From an uncultured Candidatus Saccharibacteria bacterium (lineage in GTDB: Bacteria > Patescibacteriota > Doudnabacteria > UBA920), in NCBI GenBank assembly GCA_964561085.1, contig CAZLNP010000003.1, forward strand, positions 72,310-136,309: DNA of 64,000 bases, written 5' to 3'. Positions 1 to 8,795 of this stretch are shown here, piece after piece (the first letter of the stretch is position 1; every line of letters begins with the position of its first letter). A program made the translations under genes and the position numbers. The notes under the pieces were generated by a model. It ran no database searches and had not been told where the DNA came from. It worked only from the letters and a program-made list of their open reading frames with translations.

Positions 1-60
1 AAACCAAGAAGGATCTTCTCCTGATCATGCACCATCACTAATGTAAGAGCCTTTTTCATA

Positions 61-570
61 TTAACTTATGTGCCCTGCGATCTGACCAACGACTATACCA
101 ACAGCAATAGCCAAGCCACCCATTAATAGTGTTAAAAGTGCATCTTTCCATACTCGCACTCTAAATATATGCGCGTTTATAGCTCCTAATAAAGCCAGTG
201 CTGCTAAAGTCAAAATAATTGACATCCACACCGCTGCTCGTGAAGTCGAAAATACATATGGCGCTAATGGAATTAGCCCAGCCACAACGTACGATACAAA
301 CATTACTAGTGCAGCAAACCCAGGTTTAGCTAAATTTACTTCTTTCTTCGACTCGTACTCTTCTACTGATTGCTCTGAGAGCAAGCTACCAACACCCATT
401 GAGAATGCTTCAACAAAAATTAATACCACACCTGTTACCACAATGGTTTTAGTATCCACGCCTGCTAAGGCGATACCAGCTAATAAACCAACCGTGGACA
501 CCAAACTGTCTTCTACTCCAAACGTGAAGTTTCGGACAATCATGCTGTATTTTCGAGTACCTTTTCGCAT
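61..570 (-). CDS. VIT1/CCC1-family (DUF125-like) integral membrane protein
   Basis: 169 aa; hydrophobic C-terminal half with Gly/Ala-rich TM helices; overall resemblance to vacuolar iron transporter family. Confidence 0.5.
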   Translation of the reverse strand: MRKGTRKYSMIVRNFTFGVEDSLVSTVGLLAGIALAGVDTKTIVVTGVVLIFVEAFSMGVGSLLSEQSVEEYESKKEVNLAKPGFAALVMFVSYVVAGLIPLAPYVFSTSRAAVWMSIILTLAALALLGAINAHIFRVRVWKDALLTLLMGGLAIAVGIVVGQIAGHIS

Positions 571-896
571 TATCGATCGTCTCCCTGTCCTTTTAGGGTC
601 GAACGTTCTTTACGGGATTGTAATTTCTCTATATTTGCAGCGGCGACATCTTTCAAAGGGATATCAAGTTTTACCGCTAAATAATTAATGTACCAAAGCA
701 CATCACCTAATTCCTTTTTCAAAGTCTCTCGCATTTCGGGAGTGATAATATTATCATCTTCTCTGATCACTCTCTTAAGCTTTCCGGCTACTTCCCCGGC
801 TTCACTCGCCAAACCCAAGCCTCCATAATTAAATGCTTGGTCGCCATACTCTAATGCTGTTTGCATTGCTTTTTGTTCATATTCATCAAATGTCAT
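570..896 (-). CDS. MazG-like nucleoside triphosphate pyrophosphohydrolase (small NTP-PPase)
   Basis: 108 aa; EAGEVAGKLKR and ELGDVLWY motifs typical of MazG/NTP-PPase helices. Confidence 0.6.
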   Translation of the reverse strand: MTFDEYEQKAMQTALEYGDQAFNYGGLGLASEAGEVAGKLKRVIREDDNIITPEMRETLKKELGDVLWYINYLAVKLDIPLKDVAAANIEKLQSRKERSTLKGQGDDR

Positions 897-952
897 AGGT
901 TTGTTTCCTTTATTTTATTATAGCACTTTCACCAAACAGATGGTGGCTATGC

Positions 953-2254
953 TTGCCAGCCAATGATATAATAACTACATCATATTTTATGGAAAACTTT
1001 CTTAAAAGACTACGCAGTCGACCACTACCGGTTGTATTGCTAACCATTTTCGTAGACATGCTTGGCTACGGAATTTTAATTCCAATAGTCCCTCAATTGC
1101 TCGGTGATGAAAATTCAATTTTTTCAGTTCTTACCCCAGGCATGTCGATCGATCAAGGATATATATTACTCGGATTTTTAGTCGGCATATATCCATTCAT
1201 GCAATTTTTTGCCACCCCTATTTTAGGACAGCTTTCCGACAAGTTCGGAAGAAAAAAAGTCTTAGCAGTAGCCTTAACCGGCACGTGTCTTTCTTATATT
1301 GGTTTTGCGATTGGCGTAATCACCAGAAACATCCCCCTACTATTTATTTCCCGCGGAATTGATGGCATAACTGGCGGCAACATTTCGGTAGCGCAAGCAG
1401 CTATTGCGGACGTCTCAACTCCTCTGACTCGAGCCAGAAACTTTGGTTTTATCGGAGCCACTTTCGGGCTAGGGTTAGTTATTGGACCATACTTAGGAGG
1501 AAAACTTTCTGATCCTAATTTAGTATCGTGGTTTACCCCCGCTACACCGTTTTGGTTTGCTGCAGGGTTAAGTTTCATCAATGTGATGTCAGTATTATTC
1601 TTGTTCCCGGAGACATTAGATAAAATGCGCCGAGTGCGCGGTATTCAGTGGCTTCAATCAGTGAAAAATATAATAGCCGCATTCAAATTAAAAGCTTTGC
1701 GAGTCCCCTTTCTTAGTTCATTTATTTTCCAGGCTGGTTTTAGTTTCTTCATCACTTTCTTTAGTGTCTTCTTAATTCGAAAGTTCGACTTCACTCAAGG
1801 AAATGTTGGAGACTTTTTTGCATATGCTGGAGTGTGGATAGTCTTCGGGCAGGTCTTTGTAAATAGTACTATCTCACGAAAATTCAAAGAACATAATATT
1901 TTAAAGTTCGCGTTAATTGGCATGGCTACTTGCATCGCCCTATTCTTTGCCCCAAAAACTGGCTGGGGATTACTATTCATTAGCCCATTCTTCGCAATTT
2001 GTTTTGGATTAGTCCAAGCCAACTTCCTTTCGCTAATTAGCAAATCTGTAGGGCCTGATGAACAAGGCAGGACTCTGGGTGTAAACTCAAGCATTAACAC
2101 TCTTGGCCAGTCATTACCACCTATTCTTTCTGGATACATTGCGGCACTACTATCGCCAAATGCCCCATTGATGATTGCCGCGGCAGCTATTTTCTTTGCA
2201 GGGTTAGTATTTGTTTTACTGTATAAACCGCCACGTGAATCTGTTAGAAAATAA
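953..2254 (+). CDS. MFS transporter (drug:H+ antiporter-like)
   Basis: 433 aa; ~12 predicted TM segments; GxLSDKFGRKK motif between TM2-3 typical of MFS. Confidence 0.7.
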   Translation: MPANDIITTSYFMENFLKRLRSRPLPVVLLTIFVDMLGYGILIPIVPQLLGDENSIFSVLTPGMSIDQGYILLGFLVGIYPFMQFFATPILGQLSDKFGRKKVLAVALTGTCLSYIGFAIGVITRNIPLLFISRGIDGITGGNISVAQAAIADVSTPLTRARNFGFIGATFGLGLVIGPYLGGKLSDPNLVSWFTPATPFWFAAGLSFINVMSVLFLFPETLDKMRRVRGIQWLQSVKNIIAAFKLKALRVPFLSSFIFQAGFSFFITFFSVFLIRKFDFTQGNVGDFFAYAGVWIVFGQVFVNSTISRKFKEHNILKFALIGMATCIALFFAPKTGWGLLFISPFFAICFGLVQANFLSLISKSVGPDEQGRTLGVNSSINTLGQSLPPILSGYIAALLSPNAPLMIAAAAIFFAGLVFVLLYKPPRESVRK

Positions 2255-2299
2255 GAAGGAAAAACAAAAGCGCCTTGCGGCGCTTTTTTAAACTCTAAT

Positions 2300-3529
2300 C
2301 TAAACTACTAAATAATTATTATCGCTAGCCTTTTGTTCAGCTATGCGGTTCATAATCTCTTCCAAGTCTTCATCACTAAAGAAGTCAATCGTAATTTTTC
2401 CCCCACGACCCTGGCGTTGAATTTTAACTTGAGTTTGCAACTTTCCTCTAAGCTCTGTTTCTAGCGCCATCAATTTTGGATCTGGTGTAGCTGCATCCAT
2501 TCTACGCTTCACTGTAATCTCACGAACCTTGGCTTCTACCTGACGCACGTTTAATCCTTGTTCTTGGATTGCTTCATACATCAAAATCATCTTCTCAATT
2601 TCACCTAAACCTAAAATCGCCCGAGCATGGCCTTCTGTAATTTTTCCTTCAATCACACCGCGCTGAATTTCTGCTGGTAAATTTAGAAGTCGTAAAGTAT
2701 TAGCTACTGCACTTCTAGACTTACCAACTTTCTTTGCTACCTGATCTTGAGTTAGATTGAATTCTTTTATCATACGCTCATACCCACGTGCTTCTTCGAT
2801 CGCATTCAAATCTTGACGTTGAGTATTTTCAATCAAAGCGACTTCCAATTTAGTCTGATCATGCAAACTACTTTTTACAATCGCTGGAATTTTAGTCAGC
2901 CCTGCAAGTTGAGAGGCACGAAAACGACGCTCCCCTACAACTATTTCGTAGCCGGTGGGAGTTTTTGTAACTACTAAAGGCTGGATAACACCGTGCTCTT
3001 TAATAGAGTCTGCCAATTCTTGCAAAGCCTCTGGCTTAAACTGTGTACGTGGCTGATACGGATTAGCAACAATTTGCGATATTTCTAATTCTTGGATTGA
3101 GCTATCTGCGTAAGAAACTTTTTCCGTTGGGGCTTCCACTGCAGGGACTTCTGCCTGGGTCTCATTCACAAATGATTCCTCATTAGCAACCACTGGCTCG
3201 TCATATGAAATTGGCGCCGCTATTACAGGCTCCACTGCTAAGGGTAAAGGTTCTTCGTCAGGAGTAGTATCAACAAAATGAATTTCTTCTACAGCAGGAG
3301 CTGAATTTTGAGCATCATTAAAATATGCTTGTGCAGGATCGAAAGATGGAGTTTCAACAATCGGCTCTTTAATCACAGGGGCTTGATATTGCTGAGCAGG
3401 GACAATTTCATCGAACTCTTCCACTGGTTCCTGGACAGGCTCCATGACAGGCTCAGGTTTCACAGGTGGCTGCCAAGGCTGGGACGGCGGTTGACGATGA
3501 GGTTGTTGATGAGGAACAATGCTGTCCAT
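2300..3529 (-). CDS. parB: ParB/Spo0J-family partition protein with ~165-aa N-terminal Pro/Glu/Val-rich disordered extension
   Basis: C-terminal half has ParB box GERRFRAS, then HTH (SRSAVANTLRLL); no parA adjacent. Confidence 0.75.
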   Translation of the reverse strand: MDSIVPHQQPHRQPPSQPWQPPVKPEPVMEPVQEPVEEFDEIVPAQQYQAPVIKEPIVETPSFDPAQAYFNDAQNSAPAVEEIHFVDTTPDEEPLPLAVEPVIAAPISYDEPVVANEESFVNETQAEVPAVEAPTEKVSYADSSIQELEISQIVANPYQPRTQFKPEALQELADSIKEHGVIQPLVVTKTPTGYEIVVGERRFRASQLAGLTKIPAIVKSSLHDQTKLEVALIENTQRQDLNAIEEARGYERMIKEFNLTQDQVAKKVGKSRSAVANTLRLLNLPAEIQRGVIEGKITEGHARAILGLGEIEKMILMYEAIQEQGLNVRQVEAKVREITVKRRMDAATPDPKLMALETELRGKLQTQVKIQRQGRGGKITIDFFSDEDLEEIMNRIAEQKASDNNYLVV

Positions 3530-3531
3530 AA

Positions 3532-4131
3532 TTAAGCTTTAAGGGGTTTTACAATATTTAAAAAATCACGGACATTTTTGGACAGACGGACATGGTATGT
3601 ATACTTGGAATTATATTTGGATTTCGGTTGAAAGTGATATATATTAGGATCGTATCCAAGCCATTTAATCATTTGGTAAACATCCGTTGCAAGATCTTTT
3701 ACTGTGTTAGTGAACATCACCATTGGATATCCACGATCAGTGTAAACTGAACCATCAGTTTCAATCAATCCCTTTAAGCAGGCTGTAATATATTCGTCTT
3801 TGATCCATATCCAATCAGGCACTTTTGCGTTCTGAATGTATTTGCTTCCTTGCCCTGCTTTCCACCCTAATATGGTTTCCCAGTAATTCGAATACGAAGA
3901 AATATCTATACAGTTACTAGGCCTCTTTATAATATCTATTTTGCTTTCCGGCAAAATATAATTGATAGCTGCTATTATCTCAGTAATTAAAAAAGTATAT
4001 TTAAGATCACATGAAACTCTGAATCGAACACATCTACTATTTGGGTTTGATAGATTTCCATCACCCAATCCAATCCCAACAAGATAAGCTAAAACTTCTC
4101 TGTTCCACCTAATTGAATTAGTGTAATACAT
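3532..4131 (-). CDS. LAGLIDADG-family homing endonuclease (double-motif)
   Basis: Two LAGLIDADG motifs: LVGIGLGDGNLS and KGLIETDGSV; start placed at internal Met (MYYTNS) because the longer ORF would overlap tRNA-Leu. Confidence 0.8.
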   Translation of the reverse strand: MYYTNSIRWNREVLAYLVGIGLGDGNLSNPNSRCVRFRVSCDLKYTFLITEIIAAINYILPESKIDIIKRPSNCIDISSYSNYWETILGWKAGQGSKYIQNAKVPDWIWIKDEYITACLKGLIETDGSVYTDRGYPMVMFTNTVKDLATDVYQMIKWLGYDPNIYHFQPKSKYNSKYTYHVRLSKNVRDFLNIVKPLKA

Positions 4132-4137
4132 TTTATT

Positions 4138-4223
4138 TGGTGCCGGTGGTGGGACTCGAACCCACACGCCCAGAGGGCAAAGGTTTTTGAAACCTTCTTG
4201 TATACCAATTTCAACACACCGGC
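4138..4223 (-). tRNA. tRNA-Leu (anticodon CAA), type II long variable arm, CCA encoded
   Basis: Reverse complement folds as cloverleaf: acceptor GCCGGTG/CACCGGC, anticodon loop TTCAAAA, long variable arm, T-loop GGTTCGAGTCC, 3' ACCA. Confidence 0.8.
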
Positions 4224-4257
4224 AAGTTACTAAAATCCCTATTATTTTAGCAATAAA

Positions 4258-4803
4258 TCAGGTCAGCGTAAAGAACAAGGTGTAAGCGAAACAATAGGTC
4301 AAATAGCCCACAACGGAGCCAATAATTGCACCTACAAGGATGTCTGTTGGCCAGTGCCATCCCATTACAACACGCCCAACACCCGCGATAACAGAAGTCG
4401 CTATTAAGATTGATCCTAGAATTGGGTGGAACAGAAACACCACTGACGCAACCGAAAAATATGCAGCAGTATGACGCGATGGAAAAGAGTCGTGGTGATT
4501 ATCCCGGAAAGAAAAAAACTTAGTTTCTTCTGGCTTCGTATTATATCTTTGATATGGCCTAGCCCTCTTTACGAACTGATTAATGAAAGATACAACAAGT
4601 CCACGAGAAAAAACGAAAGATAGAATCGACAAGCCGATAAGCGCTTGCCAATTTTCGTGTAAATCAGGATTTACAAAAATCCAAACTGCCACTAAACCAA
4701 AAATAACGAAAGCGTAGTTCCCCCAAAAAATCCAAAAATATTTATACACCATGCTTTCATTGATTCTCTTTTGAAAATGTTTATACTCTTTTTCAGCGAT
4801 CAT
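4258..4803 (-). CDS. PAP2-family phosphatase (membrane)
   Basis: KxxxxxxRP (KRARPY), PSRH, and HWPTD motifs in a multi-TM protein. Confidence 0.7.
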   Translation of the reverse strand: MIAEKEYKHFQKRINESMVYKYFWIFWGNYAFVIFGLVAVWIFVNPDLHENWQALIGLSILSFVFSRGLVVSFINQFVKRARPYQRYNTKPEETKFFSFRDNHHDSFPSRHTAAYFSVASVVFLFHPILGSILIATSVIAGVGRVVMGWHWPTDILVGAIIGSVVGYLTYCFAYTLFFTLT

Positions 4804-4807
4804 AATT

Positions 4808-5617
4808 TTAGTTTCTTATTAAATAAATAATGACTATCACTGCTGCCAATGCAAATCTGTACCAAGCAAAAATAGCAAAAGACTTGTTTGCAATGTAACG
4901 TAGCATATATTTAATAGCAAGGAATCCAAAAATCATTGCTGAAAAGAATCCAACAATCACTGGGCCTAAATTATCTATTTGTGCAATGTCTGGAATTTTT
5001 AATACACCAGCTCCAAGAATTATCGGCACAGACATTAAAAAGCTAAACTTTGCCGCGGCTTCACGAGTAAGCCCTTGGGCTAGCCCGGCTGTTATTGTTG
5101 CACCGCTTCTTGAAATACCAGGAACGATTGCTGCTGCTTGAGCAAAACCAATTAGAATCGCATTACCCCAAGATGTGTCGTTTAAAGATTTAAGCTTATG
5201 ACCATATTTATCTGCAAGTAATAGAATAAACCCTACTACCGCTAAAGTTACAGCAATTAGAATTGGATTACGAAAAGCTGTTTCGACTTGATTTTCGAAA
5301 ATCTTGCCGATTACCGCCGCTGGGATTGTCGCAGCAATAATTAGCCATGAAAGTTTTTGATAAATATTTTCTTTGAAGTTTCTAGTACTCGGGAGCAGGG
5401 AGTGAAAAAAACCACGCGCTAAATTCCATATATCTTTTCTGAAATATGCGACCACCGCAATTAAGGTACCCCAGTGAAGCGCAATATCGAAAGCTAAACC
5501 TTGATCTGGCCAGTTAAAAAGATATGGCGTAATAATTAAATGAGCTGAAGAAGAGATTGGCAAAAATTCACCAAGCCCTTGAACTGCGCCTAATATAAAT
5601 GCTTGAAATAATTCCAT
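4808..5617 (-). CDS. uppP: Undecaprenyl-diphosphatase UppP/BacA
   Basis: 269 aa; N-terminal GxxQGLGEFLPISSSAHL signature of BacA/UppP. Confidence 0.85.
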   Translation of the reverse strand: MELFQAFILGAVQGLGEFLPISSSAHLIITPYLFNWPDQGLAFDIALHWGTLIAVVAYFRKDIWNLARGFFHSLLPSTRNFKENIYQKLSWLIIAATIPAAVIGKIFENQVETAFRNPILIAVTLAVVGFILLLADKYGHKLKSLNDTSWGNAILIGFAQAAAIVPGISRSGATITAGLAQGLTREAAAKFSFLMSVPIILGAGVLKIPDIAQIDNLGPVIVGFFSAMIFGFLAIKYMLRYIANKSFAIFAWYRFALAAVIVIIYLIRN

Positions 5618-5625
5618 TATAATTT

Positions 5626-6912
5626 TTATTCAATCCCCGGCACAGGAAAACCTAAAGAAAACTCTTTGACTTCCTGTTTAATTTTTTCGTGTAGGCCAGT
5701 GTCTTCAGGGTTTTTCAAAACTTGCACCATCCAATCAGCAACCTTTACCATATCTTCTTCTTTGGCACCGCGCGTTGTGATTGCAGGAGTTCCTAATCGA
5801 ATACCGCTCGGGTCCATCGGGCTACGAGTATCATCTGCTATCATATTCATATTTAAAGTAATTCCAACTGTATCTAACAACTCCTGAGCTTGTTTACCAG
5901 TAACATTCCATGATTTTACAACATCAACAAGAATTAAATGATTACTAGTGCCACCAGTAATTAAATGGCCGCCGCGTGCAATAAGTTCTTCCGCTAACTT
6001 TGAAGCGTTCTTGATTACTTGAGCCGAGTAATCTTGAAACTCGGGTCTAAGCGCTTCGCCAAAAGCCACTGCCTTTGCAGCAATGTTATTCATATGAGGT
6101 CCACCTTGAAGACCAGGGAAAACAGATTTATCAATTTTCTTGCCAAGTTCTTCAGCACGAGGTCCAGCGCACATAATCATTCCGCCGCGTGGACCACGCA
6201 AAGTTTTGTGAGTAGTGGTTGTAATAATATCGAAGCCATCATCAAAAGGATTGCGAAGCTGACCGCCAGCAATTAAACCAGCAATGTGCGCTGCATCCAT
6301 CATAGTAATTGCACCGACTTCATCAGCTATAGATTTCATCTTGGCGTAATCAATTTCTCTTGGGTACGCAGAAAACCCTGCGAGAATTAATTTTGGTTTT
6401 TCTCGCAAAGCAGTTTCACGCAGAGCATCGTAATCAATTTCACCAGTAGTAATATCTTTCATGCCATAGCGGACAAAGTTATACAACTTTGCCATGGCTG
6501 TAACAGGATGTCCGTGAGTTAAATGACCACCATGAGAAAGATCCATTCCAAGCACTGTATCTCCTGGTTGAAGCAAAGCAAAATACACCGCCACATTTGC
6601 AGGTGCACCACTTAACGGTTGTACATTAGCGTAGTCAGCTTTAAAAAGCTGTTTTGCGCGATCTATCGCTAATTGCTCAATTACATCGGTGTTTTCCTGG
6701 CCACCGTAATAACGCTTCCCAGGATAGCCTTCAGAATATTTATTAGTAAAAACTGTCCCCAAAGCTTCCAAAACTGCTGCGGAAACGTAATTTTCTGATG
6801 GAATCATCTCGATTCCCTCTTTCTGACGAAGCATTTCGTTGCGTAAACTGTCGTAAACGGTTTTATCTGACTTTTCTAGATTTTCGTAATTCATATATTT
6901 TAATCTTAACAA
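5626..6912 (-). CDS. glyA: Serine hydroxymethyltransferase
   Basis: 428 aa; LIPSENY, PLP-lysine region TTTTHKTLRGPRGG. Confidence 0.92.
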   Translation of the reverse strand: MLRLKYMNYENLEKSDKTVYDSLRNEMLRQKEGIEMIPSENYVSAAVLEALGTVFTNKYSEGYPGKRYYGGQENTDVIEQLAIDRAKQLFKADYANVQPLSGAPANVAVYFALLQPGDTVLGMDLSHGGHLTHGHPVTAMAKLYNFVRYGMKDITTGEIDYDALRETALREKPKLILAGFSAYPREIDYAKMKSIADEVGAITMMDAAHIAGLIAGGQLRNPFDDGFDIITTTTHKTLRGPRGGMIMCAGPRAEELGKKIDKSVFPGLQGGPHMNNIAAKAVAFGEALRPEFQDYSAQVIKNASKLAEELIARGGHLITGGTSNHLILVDVVKSWNVTGKQAQELLDTVGITLNMNMIADDTRSPMDPSGIRLGTPAITTRGAKEEDMVKVADWMVQVLKNPEDTGLHEKIKQEVKEFSLGFPVPGIE

Positions 6913-6937
6913 ACTCTGGTCGATTTACAAAAGAGCT

Positions 6938-8092
6938 CTATATTAAGAAGTAAAATAGGCTGAAAATTGCAGCGACAATAAACAGGGCAACGAAACTGCC
7001 AGTTGCCACAAAAACTACAATCCCGACTAATGCCGCTAGCATTTTGCCAATTGCTAACATTTGTTCAAACCCAATCACATACGGCAATATGTGGGTTTGT
7101 GCTGCTCTATCATATGTAAGCGCTGATACAGGAATAAATACCAGACTTTTTGTTGTGCGAGACAAAGTATCAGTTATGAAAGCAGCGAAAGGAGAAACCA
7201 CCGGAATTCTTGCCAACCAAGTTAATGCATAAATTACAGTCCCCGCACGGAGCAAAGATTCCTTGCTGTGTCTATCTGTATAAAAACCAATGTACAAAGC
7301 CAAGCCTGTTGCAACTAAAGTAGCTATGGTCACCAATGTTCCAACATCTTGATAGCTAGCAACTATTGTATACATGAAAATTGGCCAAATTGTGTAAACT
7401 AATAGTTCTTCACCGAAGCCGAAGTACCCCAGAAATTTTAACGGATACTTTTTATATAAATCTAGTGTGTCATGGAAACGATATGGCTTTGGAATAAATA
7501 CTTCCTTTGACCAAAGGATAGGAATTGCAGAACAGAAATAGACAATTGATGCGATTACAAACACTACCTCTATTCCGAAATAAGTCGATAAAAATCCACC
7601 AAGCATTGGACCAATGATTTGCATCAAATTCATTATCGCGTACATGAAGCTGAATTCACGACCGCGTTGCTTTTTGTCTGAGAATCTGGCCAAGCTAGCG
7701 TGAAGGGCAGGCCAATACAATGTCTTTTGAATGGCCAAACTAATCGCAGCAGGAATCAACATTAGTACATATTGCTCAGAATATAGAATTAGGAACCAGA
7801 ATATAATCTGGAATGGAATGCTGAAGAATATCGAATGCGCATAGCCAAACTTAGCCATAATTTTCCCACCAAATGGAATAATTAGAGCATACATAGAGTA
7901 AATAGCAGCGGTAAACATCAACACTTCTGGAACCGACAAACCAACTACATGATACAAAAAAATTGGCTCAAACAAGGTGATGATTGCTTGTGCCAAGTTC
8001 CCTATTGCCACCGATTCATACAGGTGTTCAATTTCTTTTTTTATTTTCGAAGCAAAGTAATGCGGTAAATGAAAGTGTTCAGTAAAAGTCAT
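6938..8092 (-). CDS. Multi-pass membrane protein, possibly MFS-type transporter
   Basis: 384 aa, ~11-12 hydrophobic segments; no diagnostic motif recognised. Confidence 0.4.
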   Translation of the reverse strand: MTFTEHFHLPHYFASKIKKEIEHLYESVAIGNLAQAIITLFEPIFLYHVVGLSVPEVLMFTAAIYSMYALIIPFGGKIMAKFGYAHSIFFSIPFQIIFWFLILYSEQYVLMLIPAAISLAIQKTLYWPALHASLARFSDKKQRGREFSFMYAIMNLMQIIGPMLGGFLSTYFGIEVVFVIASIVYFCSAIPILWSKEVFIPKPYRFHDTLDLYKKYPLKFLGYFGFGEELLVYTIWPIFMYTIVASYQDVGTLVTIATLVATGLALYIGFYTDRHSKESLLRAGTVIYALTWLARIPVVSPFAAFITDTLSRTTKSLVFIPVSALTYDRAAQTHILPYVIGFEQMLAIGKMLAALVGIVVFVATGSFVALFIVAAIFSLFYFLI

Positions 8093-8104
8093 TTTATATT
8101 CTTT

Positions 8105-8788
8105 TTATTTTTGTATCGTACTTCTAATTTGTTTCTCTGTGATTGGGCCCTTTCTCAAAACCTCGAATGTTCCATCATCATTAATTTTTATCAACGTTGA
8201 TGGTTTTCGTTTAGCAAGCCTTCCTGCATCAATAATTATATCAGGTTTATGCTTTTGTTTGGAAAATTGTTTGATTATGTCTTCAGCGGAATAGCTATCG
8301 TAGCCACCGGACAAATGCGCGGAAGGGTTGGCGCTAGTTGCAGTGATTGGTCTTTTTAGTGACTTAACTATGTCGAGAGCGATTTGATTTTTAGGCACTC
8401 GAAGACCGAGCGTGCCCGTTCCAGCTGAAAAGGATTTTAGAAAACCATTATGTTTTGATTCAAAAGCCAAAGTGTTAATCGGCAAAACTAAAGATAGTTG
8501 GCCAGGCCAAAACTTGGATGCTACTTTTTGAGCAAACTTATTCCAAACAACATATTTTTTTGCTTGAGCAACTGAAGCCACCACAATGTGCACAGGCTTT
8601 TTTGTAGTGCGCTCTTTAATCTTGTAGAACTTTCTCAACGCAACGGGATTGGTGGGATCTACCGCTAAGCCATACGAGGTGTCTGTCGGGTAAGCAACAA
8701 CTTTCCCATGCTTCAAAGCAAGAGTAACGGCATGAATTATTTTTTGATGGTGTTTCTTTTTGTATTCTAAAGTGATCATTTTTGCCAA
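8105..8788 (-). CDS. tsaC: L-threonylcarbamoyladenylate synthase (YrdC/TsaC/Sua5 family)
   Basis: YPTDTSYGLAVDPTNP and LRVP motifs of YrdC domain. Confidence 0.75.
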   Translation of the reverse strand: MAKMITLEYKKKHHQKIIHAVTLALKHGKVVAYPTDTSYGLAVDPTNPVALRKFYKIKERTTKKPVHIVVASVAQAKKYVVWNKFAQKVASKFWPGQLSLVLPINTLAFESKHNGFLKSFSAGTGTLGLRVPKNQIALDIVKSLKRPITATSANPSAHLSGGYDSYSAEDIIKQFSKQKHKPDIIIDAGRLAKRKPSTLIKINDDGTFEVLRKGPITEKQIRSTIQK

Positions 8789-8795
8789 GCTTATT

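Noticed and set aside
4132-4167. N-terminal extension of LAGLIDADG ORF (MWVRVPPPAPNK)
   Set aside because: Would overlap the 3' end of tRNA-Leu; the internal Met at 4131 gives a 6-nt gap and an intact first LAGLIDADG motif.
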